Both the position numbers and the translations under genes were made by a program. Below are positions 1 through 9,934 of a DNA stretch of 64,000 nt, piece after piece (within the stretch, counting starts at the first letter, position 1; each line of letters opens with the position of its first letter). The notes below the pieces were generated by a model. It was not told where the DNA came from and did not search any database. It saw only the letters and a list, made by a program, of their open reading frames with translations. The DNA lies in NCBI GenBank assembly GCA_022449545.1, contig JAKUPN010000009.1, forward strand, positions 6,764 to 70,763, read 5' to 3'. This stretch comes from Alphaproteobacteria bacterium (GTDB lineage: Bacteria; Pseudomonadota; Alphaproteobacteria; UBA6615).

Positions 1-691
1 CACGAAGTCTTCCACTAAGGTTGTTCATATACTCACTCATTAATGGTTTTAATGACGCATCTATAGCTGCAGAAGACGCACGGCGGTATTCACGTAAACT
101 AGGATTCAGGGCATGGGATAAAGTAAAAGGGATACCAGGAAGGTGTTTTTGAAGAAGTTCACCAACTCGCAATTCATGATCTGAGTTTACTATCGACCAT
201 AAGAGACAAACAGCAACAGATTCTACCTGTTCCTCCTTAAGCAAATCAATTATCTGTATAATTTTTTCTTCATTCAAAGGGGTCATTTCAGAACCGTCAG
301 CCAGAATCCTACCAGGCACTTCGAATGTTAATGCTCTCGGAAGATATGGTTCAGGAAAGGGAACAGTAAAATTAAATGGTTCCATCCGACCCCCTTCACG
401 AAACACAAGAATATCTCTGTGTCCTTCCGTGCTTAGGAATGCGGTTTTAGCGGTATTACCGGTGACTATGGCATTAATCGCGTGAGTAGTGCCATGAATA
501 AATAGTTCCCCTTTAGACAAGAGTTCACCTAAATCAGTTTTATATTCATGCGCAGCATTCTCTAGAGTATTCATGAGTCCGCGAATTGGATCATCAGGTG
601 TCGTTGCAGCCTTAAACATTCGTAACTTCCCATCGTCTTCCTCAACGATTAGATCGGTGAATGTTCCCCCTGTATCTACTGCGAACCGCAT
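1..691 (-). CDS. Hydantoinase/oxoprolinase family protein, A-type ATP-binding subunit (N-terminal part; runs off the window)
   Basis: Not in the ORF track. Manual translation from ATG at 691 gives MRFAVDTGGTFTDLIV...FIHGTTHAINAIVTG...EGHRDILVFREGGR, carrying the DxGGTFTD and HGTT motifs of the HyuA/OplA family. Confidence 0.9.
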   Translation of the reverse strand, partial: MRFAVDTGGTFTDLIVEEDDGKLRMFKAATTPDDPIRGLMNTLENAAHEYKTDLGELLSKGELFIHGTTHAINAIVTGNTAKTAFLSTEGHRDILVFREGGRMEPFNFTVPFPEPYLPRALTFEVPGRILADGSEMTPLNEEKIIQIIDLLKEEQVESVAVCLLWSIVNSDHELRVGELLQKHLPGIPFTLSHALNPSLREYRRASSAAIDASLKPLMSEYMNNLSGRLR

Positions 692-780
692 ATTTTGGCC
701 TTTCTGAATGTGACTTAATGTTTATAAAAGGTAATCCTCTAAGAAATTAGCTGTAACGATGCAGGAAAGAAATCACTTAA

Positions 781-1569
781 TTAAGCCTGCAAAAAAGATA
801 ACAACTCGGACACGAATATATCTCTTGATTGTATTTGCGGACAATGACCGCAACCCGGAATTTCAATTAGCATTGATTTCTGTATACCGTTTTTTAAAGC
901 GTAAGACATGATAGGCGGTGTTGTCTCGTCTTCAAGACCAACCATAACCATCGTCTCATTATTTATCTTGATCAGATCACCAGCCATATCAGCATCAGCT
1001 AAAGCTCTTGCTGTTGAGGCAAAAGCGACAGGATTGCAAGTTGCCAAGATCGCTTTTCTTTTCTCCACTATTTCTGGATTTTCCTTAATGTAGTTTTGGG
1101 GAAACATCCTTGCCATTGCAGCATCAAGAACCACTTCCATTCCTGCTGTCTCAACCCGATTAGCCAAAAGACGTAATGGAGTTTTATCAGTCTCAGAAAA
1201 AGCTGGCCCAGTGTCAGCTAATATTAATTTACCAATCCTTGTGCCGTAACGAATAGCTAGCGCCACGGCAATAAAACCGCCAGCACCATTACCCAGTACG
1301 GCTGTATCATTTGGCAGATCTAAACTATTCATAAAAACATGTATGAAATCGGCTAAATCAAATAACTCCGGATTAGTTAGATCTAATTCAGGGGTATCCC
1401 CATAACCCGGAAGATTAGGTAAAGTTAGGCGATATTCTTTTGAAAGCTCATCTAAAATAAGTTCAAAAACAGTACGGTCAGACAGAAGAGAATGAAGTAG
1501 CATTATATCAGGCCCCTCACCAATCTGTATAAAATCCACCTTCGAAATATCAAAATTTTCTTTATTCAT
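781..1569 (-). CDS. Alpha/beta-fold hydrolase (PcaD/RutD-like) lacking the canonical Ser nucleophile
   Basis: LLHSL, LPGYG, VGLED and GCGHCP motifs; the nucleophile elbow reads GNGAGG. Confidence 0.85.
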   Translation of the reverse strand: MNKENFDISKVDFIQIGEGPDIMLLHSLLSDRTVFELILDELSKEYRLTLPNLPGYGDTPELDLTNPELFDLADFIHVFMNSLDLPNDTAVLGNGAGGFIAVALAIRYGTRIGKLILADTGPAFSETDKTPLRLLANRVETAGMEVVLDAAMARMFPQNYIKENPEIVEKRKAILATCNPVAFASTARALADADMAGDLIKINNETMVMVGLEDETTPPIMSYALKNGIQKSMLIEIPGCGHCPQIQSRDIFVSELLSFLQA

Positions 1570-1807
1570 AAAAATCCAAAAATTAGTTTAAATTGTAAAG
1601 CCTATAAATATTAACCCGTTATTGGTGTATATTATCAGTTAATAACAAAAAATTGCCTATATTTTAATTTATTTGTAATTCATATACTTGTTAGATTGAA
1701 TAATATTCTTATAGTAAGCATCAATATTGCTGTTAGTGAGAGTTATATCGTTTAAAATCTCTCTGCAGCGATAAACATTTGAAGCGTTAGTAATGAGGGA
1801 GGAAATA

Positions 1808-1852
1808 ATGGGATACGATTTAAGGGCTAGCATTCTAGATAACACTTTCTAG
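1808..1852 (+). other. Possible 14-aa uORF or gene remnant (MGYDLRASILDNTF) behind a strong Shine-Dalgarno
   Basis: GAGGGAGG-AAATA-ATG at 1795-1810, TAG at 1850-1852; lies upstream of an ABC operon that has no binding protein. Confidence 0.25.
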
Positions 1853-1986
1853 TAAAAGAAATTTATTTAATTTTTATTAATGATATGCATTAGTTATGTA
1901 AAAATAACTATCTTGACTATAATAAACAAAATCTAGGCAAATAGAGATTTTACTCATTAAGTGTCTTAGGTATGTGAGGCTTTAAA

Positions 1987-2988
1987 ATGACTGCTGAACA
2001 GACAATTGGCGAAAATTTACCACTGACAGGGCGTGCTGCTTCAAGAGCGCAGGGTATTAGACGGTTTAAGTGGACAGTTTTAACTCCATTTTTTGCATTG
2101 CTGATATTTATATTAATGCCCGCTTTAATCGCTCAAGTCTTCTTTTCTTTAAATCACTTTTCAATATTTGATGCAGGTGATGACGATACTTGGCGCTCAT
2201 ATCTGAATGCATCAGAATGGATTGGCTTAGAGTTATTTATAGAAGTTTTTAATGATGAAAGATTCTGGAACGCTTGTATAAGGTCCCTCTTATTTGCCAG
2301 TGGTTCGACTCTAGGATGCTTCATAATTGGTTTTGGCTTGGCACTGTTGATGTACCGCCCTTTCAGAGGCCAGGCTCTATATTACATTTTCTTCATCCTT
2401 CCTATGCTCACAGTTCCAATCGTCATAGCTTACACAGGAGAAATGATACTCTACCAAAATGGCCCATTAAATGATGTTCTATCGCGAATAACAGGATTGA
2501 GAGTTGATGCCCAATTCCTGTATAAAAAAGAAATAGCGCTAACAACCATAGCATTCCTTGAAGTTTGGAATTGGACGCCGTTTAGTTTTATAATCATGAT
2601 GGCAGGACTCGCAGCTTTACCCCAAGAACCCCAAGAAGCAGCTAAGATACTTGGAGCGAGTAAGTGGAGGATATTCTGGGAAATTCAATTGCCATTGCTA
2701 AGGCCCGTAATTCTTCTCTGCTTAATACTTCGTTTTCTCGAATCTATGGCAGAATTTCCAAAAACATGGGGACTCTTACAAGGAGGCCCTGGATCGGCGA
2801 CCGAAACAATACCAGTCTATATCTTCATAACTACATGGCAATATTTTGATATTTCCTATGGAGCGGCTCTATCCTATGTAGTTCTTGTCTTAATGGTGGC
2901 TATTGTTGCTGGAGGAATTTACTTCCTGCAGAGAGAGAAAAAGAATCTGGACGAAATGTACTTCTCCAGACCTCAGCAATCAGAATAA
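1987..2988 (+). CDS. Carbohydrate (CUT1) ABC transporter permease, MalF-type
   Basis: Multiple TM segments; EAA loop EAAKILGASKWRIFWEIQLPLL; GGPGSATET motif. Confidence 0.92.
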   Translation: MTAEQTIGENLPLTGRAASRAQGIRRFKWTVLTPFFALLIFILMPALIAQVFFSLNHFSIFDAGDDDTWRSYLNASEWIGLELFIEVFNDERFWNACIRSLLFASGSTLGCFIIGFGLALLMYRPFRGQALYYIFFILPMLTVPIVIAYTGEMILYQNGPLNDVLSRITGLRVDAQFLYKKEIALTTIAFLEVWNWTPFSFIIMMAGLAALPQEPQEAAKILGASKWRIFWEIQLPLLRPVILLCLILRFLESMAEFPKTWGLLQGGPGSATETIPVYIFITTWQYFDISYGAALSYVVLVLMVAIVAGGIYFLQREKKNLDEMYFSRPQQSE

Positions 2989-3002
2989 GGGAAGTTATTA
3001 TT

Positions 3003-3923
3003 ATGGCTATGACAATGTCACAAAAGCGAAGTACATTTTCTGTTTTTCGCTATTTTGTACTGACAATATGGTTACTTATTGTTGCTTTTCCTATGTTCTG
3101 GATGGTGGGCACCTCTTTTAAGCCAGACAAAGAATGGTTTGCCTGGCCCCCTGTCTACATAACTGAAAACGCAACGATGAGAAATTACTTAATCGTGTGG
3201 GCTAATATCAATGAGTACACTAAAGCTGATGGCGCACACATCGATGAAAAAACTGGAGAATTATCCCAATACACTCAATCACTGCAAAGACCTTGGGTTG
3301 CATTACGCAACAGCACTATAATTGCAGGAATAGCAACAACATTTGCAGTTTTATTTGGAGGAGTTCTAGCATATGGAGTATCTAGGCATAATATAATATC
3401 TGAAGGAAAAATGTTTCAGCTATTAATGTTAAGAATGGTGCCACCCATAGTATTGATAGCGCCGATATCATTATGGTACCGCCAAATAGGACTGTTGGAC
3501 ACTATAACTGGGCTTGTGCTTTTATATTTTTTGACCTCTCTGCCCTACGCAGTTTGGATGTGTAAAAGTTTTATTGATGAGGTCCCAAGAGAAATGGAAC
3601 AAGCCGCTGAAATATTAGGAGCAAGTCGGTGGAGAACTATCTGGGAAATTGTTTTACCACTGGTTAGATCTGGGCTAGTCGCAACTTTCTTGTTTATTCT
3701 TATACTAACCTGGAGTGAGTATCTGCTAGCACTTCTTCTTTCAAAAGCGGAAGTTCTTACACTACCTGTGGAACTATCTAAATATCAAGGATCAACAGAA
3801 GGAAGAGTTTATGGGCGACAGGCTGCACTATCTGTCGGCATAACTATTCCTCTAATATTTGTTGGTTTGATAATACGCAAACATTTGGCCCGAGGCTTTA
3901 GCTTCGGTATGGTAAGGAGGTAA
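3003..3923 (+). CDS. Carbohydrate (CUT1) ABC transporter permease, MalG-type
   Basis: FPMFWMVGTSFK; EAA-like loop MEQAAEILGASRW; WSEYLLA motif. Confidence 0.92.
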   Translation: MAMTMSQKRSTFSVFRYFVLTIWLLIVAFPMFWMVGTSFKPDKEWFAWPPVYITENATMRNYLIVWANINEYTKADGAHIDEKTGELSQYTQSLQRPWVALRNSTIIAGIATTFAVLFGGVLAYGVSRHNIISEGKMFQLLMLRMVPPIVLIAPISLWYRQIGLLDTITGLVLLYFLTSLPYAVWMCKSFIDEVPREMEQAAEILGASRWRTIWEIVLPLVRSGLVATFLFILILTWSEYLLALLLSKAEVLTLPVELSKYQGSTEGRVYGRQAALSVGITIPLIFVGLIIRKHLARGFSFGMVRR

Positions 3924-3929
3924 CAAGCT

Positions 3930-5003
3930 GTGTCTCGAATTGAACTTAAGGACCTTAGAAAGGAATTCGGCAGCGTTGTGGCTGTAAAGGATTTAAACCT
4001 AACAATTGAAGATGGAGAATTTATTGTTCTAGTTGGTCCATCAGGTTGTGGCAAAACCACAACACTTCGCATGATTGCTGGCTTTGAAGACCCAACAGCA
4101 GGTGAAATTAAACTTGATGGCTCTATAGTTAATGATCTCGAACCCCGAGATAGAGACCTAGGAATGGTTTTCCAAAGCCATGCTCTTTTCCCGCATAAAA
4201 ATGTCGCAGATAATATTGTATTCGGTCTTAGAATGAAAAATGTCGGCAAAGAAGAGCAATTGCAAAAGCTACAAGAAGTATCAGATTTAGTCAGAATCTC
4301 TCATCTTTTAACGAAAATGCCCGCTCAATGCTCTGGCGGTGAATCACAGAGAATAGCATTGGCCAGAACACTTGTTACAGAGCCATCAAATTTTCTACTT
4401 GATGAACCTTTATCTAGCCTTGATGCAAAGTTGCGTCGTGAACTAAGAGCAGAATGCGATCGATTGCATGCGGAGCTACAGAAAACATTCGTATATGTCA
4501 CTCATGATCAAGAAGAAGCCATGACACTAGCCGACAGAATAGTCGTTATGGATCAGGGGGTAATTGTTCAAATGGGATCACCCATCGATATATATAGTGA
4601 TCCTGTTTCCTATTTTGTTGCTGACTTTTTTGGCAACCCAGCTATGAACTTGATCCCGGGGGAATTTGTACAGAATGGATCAGGAATTGAGTTTAAAAGT
4701 GATCAATTCAACGTCCCCTTAAATGAAAAATTTAGTAGCGTTCCCATAGGATCAGGCACTTTTGGCATTCGGCCCGAGAACGTTAAAGTGGTGTCTTCAT
4801 CAAATGGTTCTGATAGAAAAATTGGCTTGGTAGAACCACTGGGTAAAGACACGCTATTATATTTTGAGACTGACTCTGATCGACCCTTTGTTGCAGTTGT
4901 TGATGGAACAGAGAATCATACTGCAGGAAGTCCCGTCGAACTCAACTTTCCCCAGGAAAACATATTCCTCTTTGATTCAAACGGAGATAGAATTCGAGCC
5001 TAG
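3930..5003 (+). CDS. Carbohydrate ABC transporter ATP-binding protein (MalK-like)
   Basis: Walker A GPSGCGKTT, signature CSGGESQR, LLDEPLS, YVTHDQEEA, C-terminal GIRPE/TOBE region. Confidence 0.95.
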   Translation: MSRIELKDLRKEFGSVVAVKDLNLTIEDGEFIVLVGPSGCGKTTTLRMIAGFEDPTAGEIKLDGSIVNDLEPRDRDLGMVFQSHALFPHKNVADNIVFGLRMKNVGKEEQLQKLQEVSDLVRISHLLTKMPAQCSGGESQRIALARTLVTEPSNFLLDEPLSSLDAKLRRELRAECDRLHAELQKTFVYVTHDQEEAMTLADRIVVMDQGVIVQMGSPIDIYSDPVSYFVADFFGNPAMNLIPGEFVQNGSGIEFKSDQFNVPLNEKFSSVPIGSGTFGIRPENVKVVSSSNGSDRKIGLVEPLGKDTLLYFETDSDRPFVAVVDGTENHTAGSPVELNFPQENIFLFDSNGDRIRA

Positions 5004-5016
5004 ACTTTTTATTTGG

Positions 5017-5055
5017 AAAAGACGCTGCTGTACAAATAGTATTTCAGCGTCTTTT
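5017..5055. terminator. Probable bidirectional intrinsic terminator
   Basis: Perfect 11-bp inverted repeat AAAAGACGCTG / CAGCGTCTTTT between convergent genes, with A/T tracts on both sides. Confidence 0.7.
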
Positions 5056-5071
5056 ATTTTAAATTGGAAGA

Positions 5072-6031
5072 TTACATTCGAGGGACGTCTTTTACGGGAT
5101 ATCTTGTGTATTGAGAAACCCAATCAAAACCCACTAAATCAACATATAAATTCATTAACTTTTCTGTTACCGGACCAGGAACCCCGCCCTCTGCAAAAGT
5201 ACGTCCATTAATACTTCTACAAGGACAAATACAAAAACTTGTTGAGGTTATAAAGGCTTCATCAGAATTATAAGCATCGTATAAATCGTAATCTTTTTCG
5301 ATACAAGGTAATGAAATCTTTTTTGCTAGTTCTTTAACTGTCTGTCTACTAATACCCGGAAGCACAAATCTTTCCTGGGGTGTATAAAGACATCCATCTG
5401 ATACAAAGAATACATTACTACCCCGACCCTCAGCTATGTTTCCATTGTGGTCTAACATAAGCGCAAATGCATTAGGATCCTGAGCAGATACCTCCTCATC
5501 CGCCATAATTAGGTTAAGGTAATTATGTGTTTTTGCTCTAGGGCTTAGCATATCAGGAGAATTACGGCGCACAGATGATACAATCATATCAATTCCATCT
5601 CTGTATAACCGAGATCTTGTCGAAAGAGGTAAGGGTAAACACTCAATTATGACTGTGGGGCCAGTATATGAAGGCCAGGCCGTTCTCTCATTCGGGTCAA
5701 TAATACCCCGTGTTATTCTTTGTGAAACCCAATAATCTTCATCCTTCGCAATTAGAGGTAAATTTAATTCGAGAACTTTTTCAGTAATTTCAGTGACTTC
5801 ATTAACGCTTAAACCAGGATCGATTCCTACATAACGAAGCGAACGAAAAAGACGTTCTACATGCTCCTCCAATTTAAATATTTTATGCCCAAAAGTTCGT
5901 GTAGTATCGAACACTGCATCTCCATACTTAACTCCACGATCGCGAAATGGCAGTTTTGCCTCATTTTCGGGAATATATTCTCCATTTAGATAAACAATTC
6001 TCTGGTTAGGGATGGTCACGGAAGCCCTCAA
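5072..6031 (-). CDS. PLP-dependent class IV aminotransferase (branched-chain / D-amino acid aminotransferase-like)
   Basis: YLNGEY, YGDAVFD, AKTHNYLN (PLP Lys), EGRGSNVF, LPGISR, EAFITST. Confidence 0.9.
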   Translation of the reverse strand: MRASVTIPNQRIVYLNGEYIPENEAKLPFRDRGVKYGDAVFDTTRTFGHKIFKLEEHVERLFRSLRYVGIDPGLSVNEVTEITEKVLELNLPLIAKDEDYWVSQRITRGIIDPNERTAWPSYTGPTVIIECLPLPLSTRSRLYRDGIDMIVSSVRRNSPDMLSPRAKTHNYLNLIMADEEVSAQDPNAFALMLDHNGNIAEGRGSNVFFVSDGCLYTPQERFVLPGISRQTVKELAKKISLPCIEKDYDLYDAYNSDEAFITSTSFCICPCRSINGRTFAEGGVPGPVTEKLMNLYVDLVGFDWVSQYTRYPVKDVPRM

Positions 6032-6106
6032 TATTTATTATCATTAACTAACGTTATACCAAGTGAGACAGCACCGTGCTAAGGTTTTCTTTAGGGAGAA
6101 AAGAAA

Positions 6107-8440
6107 ATGACTAAATATGGAGTAGGACAACCTGTTCTTAGAACTGAGGATCCACGTTTACTTAAAGGGGTCGGCAAGTTTAACGATGATTATTCAATCG
6201 ATGACATGTCATACGGATATGTTCTTAGATCCCCGTATCCCCATGCAGAAATAATCTCTATCGATACCTCGAAAGCTAAGAATAGCCCTGGAGTTCTCGA
6301 TGTTTTTATTGGGGAAGACCTACATGAAGACGAAATAGGTGGATTCCCAGGACCCCCTCCGTTTTTTGCCGATCTTACAAAACCTGATGGCTCGCCACTT
6401 AGTTATCCGCCCCAATACGCATTAACATCCGATCGTGTTCGTTACGTTGGAGATCCAGTAGCGTTTATTGTTGCAGACACTTTAGAGAATGCGAAGGATG
6501 CAGCTGAAACTATTGAAATTGACTACAACGAATTACCCTCTGTGGTGGATACTTCTGAAGCAATGGATGAAGGGGCAGCTCAATTGTGGGAAGAGGTCCC
6601 AAATAACTTCTTATTTCAAGCACAAGTAGGCGATAAAGAAAAAACTGAAAAAGCATTCAATGAAGCCACCCACGTGGTTCATGTAGGTTTGACAAATAAT
6701 AGAATAGTACAAAACTCTATGGAAGTTAGAGGTGCGGTTGGTAGTTATGATCCCAAAAAAGAAAAATACACCTTGTACACGTCAAATCAAAACCGCCATA
6801 TGCTTCGTGACTGGATAGCAAATAGTTTTCTAAAATGCGACCCTCAAATGCTACAGGTTCTAGTGGATGACGTTGGTGGCGGGTTCGGCATGAAGACTCA
6901 CGCCTATCATGAGCAGGTTCTTGTTCTATACGCAGCTAAAAAACTTGGAACAAACATTAAATGGATAAGTGATCGAACCGAGGCATTTCTGAGTGATCTG
7001 CACGGACGAGATCATTTATCAGAATGTTATTTAGCCTTAGATGAGAATGGAAAATTTTTAGGAGTTAAAGTTGAAACAATTGCTGCTATTGGAGCTTATT
7101 CATGCTCAGCAGGTGTTGCGATACCTACCCAGGTAGGCCCAAAAATACTAACCAATGTTTACGATATCCCTACAGCTGATGTGAGCGTCAAATGTGTCAT
7201 GACTAACACAGCTCCCGTAGGCCCTTATAGAGGCGCTGGGCGCCCTGAGGCGATTTATGTAATGGAAAGACTGGTTGACGTTGCAGCAATAGAATTAGGT
7301 ATAGACCCTGTTGAATTGAGAAGAAGGAACTTAATAAAACCAGAACAACTACCTTATACAAATGCCATGGGAACAACTTATGATAGCGGAGAGTTTGAAG
7401 AAAACATGAACGCAACCATGTCGCTTGGTGATTGGAATAACTATGAAGAACGACGTCAAAGCTCACTAGACAATGGACGCCTCAGAGGTATAGGAATTTG
7501 CCAATACATAGAAACTACAGCAGGTAACCCGACCGAAAGCGCTGAAGTGGAAATAAAAGATAATAAGGTAGTGGTAAAAGTTGGAACCCAGCCAATGGGG
7601 CAAGGACATGATACATCTTTTATGCAACTTGTCTCCGAGAAACTTGGTGTCGATTTTGAGGATGTGATTATTGATACTAGTGATAGTGATAACTTACCAA
7701 GTGGTGGGGGCAGCCACGGCTCGAGAACTAGCCAAATTGGCAGTATAGCGACCATTAATTCTTCGGATAAAATGATTGCTAAGGGCAAGCTCATAGCTGG
7801 AGAAATTCTAGAGACCGCCCCGGCAGATATAGAATATAATAATGGAGCATTTAGTATCGCAGGTACCGACAGAGAAATATCTCTCTTTGACGTTGGACGT
7901 GAAGCTATTTCTTCTGTATCTCTGCCTGAAGAACTAAAGGGACCCCTTTCCGGTTCTGACACTCACACTATTGAAAACTGGAACTATCCGAATGGATGTC
8001 ACCTCTGCGAACTTGAAATCGATAAAGACACAGGTGAAATAGAGATCCTTAACTATTGCGCTGTGGACGATTTTGGAAGAGTAATAAACCCTCTACTGGT
8101 CGCTGGACAAGTTCACGGAGGGGTAGCACAGGGGCTAGGACAAGCCATACTAGAAAATACAGTGTATGACAAAAATTCAGGTCAATTAATAACAAGTTCT
8201 TTTATGGATTATACAATGCCACGAGCTGATGATTTACCTTTAATGAATATAGACACCAACGAAGTACTGTGCAAAACAAACATACTGGGAGTTAAGGGGT
8301 CTGGGGAAGCAGGAGCTTTGGTCGCTCCGCCTGTCATTATTTCAGCGATTGTTGATGCTCTGAAAGACTACGGCATAACGCATATAGACATGCCTGCCAC
8401 ATCAGAAAAGTTGTGGGAAATAATGCACAAACGTAGTTGA
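6107..8440 (+). CDS. Xanthine dehydrogenase-family molybdopterin-binding large subunit (CoxL form II-like)
   Basis: RTEDPRLL, VGGGFGMK, PYRGAGRPE, GQGHDT, GQVHGGVAQGLG, KGSGEAG. Confidence 0.93.
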   Translation: MTKYGVGQPVLRTEDPRLLKGVGKFNDDYSIDDMSYGYVLRSPYPHAEIISIDTSKAKNSPGVLDVFIGEDLHEDEIGGFPGPPPFFADLTKPDGSPLSYPPQYALTSDRVRYVGDPVAFIVADTLENAKDAAETIEIDYNELPSVVDTSEAMDEGAAQLWEEVPNNFLFQAQVGDKEKTEKAFNEATHVVHVGLTNNRIVQNSMEVRGAVGSYDPKKEKYTLYTSNQNRHMLRDWIANSFLKCDPQMLQVLVDDVGGGFGMKTHAYHEQVLVLYAAKKLGTNIKWISDRTEAFLSDLHGRDHLSECYLALDENGKFLGVKVETIAAIGAYSCSAGVAIPTQVGPKILTNVYDIPTADVSVKCVMTNTAPVGPYRGAGRPEAIYVMERLVDVAAIELGIDPVELRRRNLIKPEQLPYTNAMGTTYDSGEFEENMNATMSLGDWNNYEERRQSSLDNGRLRGIGICQYIETTAGNPTESAEVEIKDNKVVVKVGTQPMGQGHDTSFMQLVSEKLGVDFEDVIIDTSDSDNLPSGGGSHGSRTSQIGSIATINSSDKMIAKGKLIAGEILETAPADIEYNNGAFSIAGTDREISLFDVGREAISSVSLPEELKGPLSGSDTHTIENWNYPNGCHLCELEIDKDTGEIEILNYCAVDDFGRVINPLLVAGQVHGGVAQGLGQAILENTVYDKNSGQLITSSFMDYTMPRADDLPLMNIDTNEVLCKTNILGVKGSGEAGALVAPPVIISAIVDALKDYGITHIDMPATSEKLWEIMHKRS

Positions 8441-8464
8441 TTAACGATTATTCTTTCGAGCTAA

Positions 8465-9193
8465 CTAAGCACCGAGATAATAACTCTTAACCATATCGTT
8501 GTCAGCGAGATCCTGCGCGTCCTTACTTGCAAACGCAATCTCTCCATGAACGATTATATAGCCTCTATCAGCAATTTTAATCGCTTGATTGAAGTTTTGC
8601 TCTGCCATCAAAATTGTTACATTACGGCTTTCACTTAACTCACCAATTTTTTCAATCATTTGAGCAACGAGAATAGGAGCTAAACCCACGGAAGGCTCAT
8701 CAATCAAAAGAAGCTTAGGAACACTCATCATGGCCCTGGCAACAGCAAGCATCTGCTGCTCACCACCGCTCATACTGCCCGCTTTCTGTTCTCGTCTTTC
8801 TGCTAGACGAGGAAAGAGTTCAAAACAAAATTCTATACTTTCATCTATCCGTTCTCTTGCAGCTTTGCGGTACGCACCTAACATAAGGTTTTGCTCAACT
8901 GTCAACAACGGAAACAGTCTTCTACCCTCAGGCACCATGGCTATTCCATGATCAACAATCTGCTTGGGGCTATCAGAAATAAGGTCAATCTCTGCCCCTT
9001 CATCTTTAAATGTAATGCTTCCCGCAGTAGGCTTTATTAGTCCTGCCACACAACGCATCAACGTACTCTTTCCATTACCATTCGTCCCGAGAAGCGCGAC
9101 TATGCTTCCGTCTGCAACTTCTAGAGACACTTCATGAAGAACACTAACATTGCCATATCCGGCAACTAAATCTTTTATGATCAGCTCAGCCAT
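8465..9193 (-). CDS. livF: Branched-chain amino acid-type (HAAT) ABC transporter ATP-binding protein
   Basis: GTNGNGKST, VPEGRRLF, MSGGEQQMLA, LLIDEPSVGLAP. Confidence 0.9.
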   Translation of the reverse strand: MAELIIKDLVAGYGNVSVLHEVSLEVADGSIVALLGTNGNGKSTLMRCVAGLIKPTAGSITFKDEGAEIDLISDSPKQIVDHGIAMVPEGRRLFPLLTVEQNLMLGAYRKAARERIDESIEFCFELFPRLAERREQKAGSMSGGEQQMLAVARAMMSVPKLLLIDEPSVGLAPILVAQMIEKIGELSESRNVTILMAEQNFNQAIKIADRGYIIVHGEIAFASKDAQDLADNDMVKSYYLGA

Positions 9194-9195
9194 TT

Positions 9196-9921
9196 TTAGA
9201 CACCTAGATAGGCTCTTTCCACGCCTTTATCTTTTTGAATTATGTCAGGAGTACCTTCTGCTATTAATTGCCCAGCATCCAAGCAAATAACCCGTTGTGA
9301 AAATTGCATCACAGCTCTCATGATATGCTCGATCATAATAATAGTCATACCCTGTTCATTAAAGTTTATTAATATTTGTGTTACTTCATCGACTTCGTTG
9401 CCTGTTAGTCCCGCCATAGCTTCATCAGAAATGAGTAACTTAGGTTTTGCTGCAATAGCTCTAGCCAATTCTAATTTTCGCAATTCGATCTGCGTTAAAC
9501 CAGAGGTCTCTTCATCAGCCTTTTCAGCCATACCCATAGTTTCAAGTATAGACATTGCTTCATCTCTAATTTCGGCCTGAGGTCTTCCAGAAGCGCTAAC
9601 AAATTCAAGTGGAATTTTGAGATTATCAATTATAGTCATACTGTGAAACGGACGAGGTATTTGAAACGTCCGTGTTATACCAGCGGCAGTCCTTAGATGT
9701 GCCTTCATACCCTGAAGATCTTGTCCATCAAAAATAATACTACCGCCATCATTTGTAAGAGTACCCGATATACAATTTATCAGAGTAGTTTTACCTGATC
9801 CATTAGGCCCAATAAGACCAAACCTTTCTCCAGATTTTACCTCTGTTGTCACTTCTGACAGAGCTGTAAAACCACCGAAGTTTTTAGTTACTGAATCAAC
9901 CTTCAAAAGAGCTTCAGCCAT
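9196..9921 (-). CDS. livG: HAAT ABC transporter ATP-binding protein
   Basis: FGGFTAL, GPNGSGKTT, RTFQIPRPF, LELARA, IEHIM, AYLG. Confidence 0.9.
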   Translation of the reverse strand: MAEALLKVDSVTKNFGGFTALSEVTTEVKSGERFGLIGPNGSGKTTLINCISGTLTNDGGSIIFDGQDLQGMKAHLRTAAGITRTFQIPRPFHSMTIIDNLKIPLEFVSASGRPQAEIRDEAMSILETMGMAEKADEETSGLTQIELRKLELARAIAAKPKLLISDEAMAGLTGNEVDEVTQILINFNEQGMTIIMIEHIMRAVMQFSQRVICLDAGQLIAEGTPDIIQKDKGVERAYLGV

Positions 9922-9934
9922 TTCTTAAAGCACC

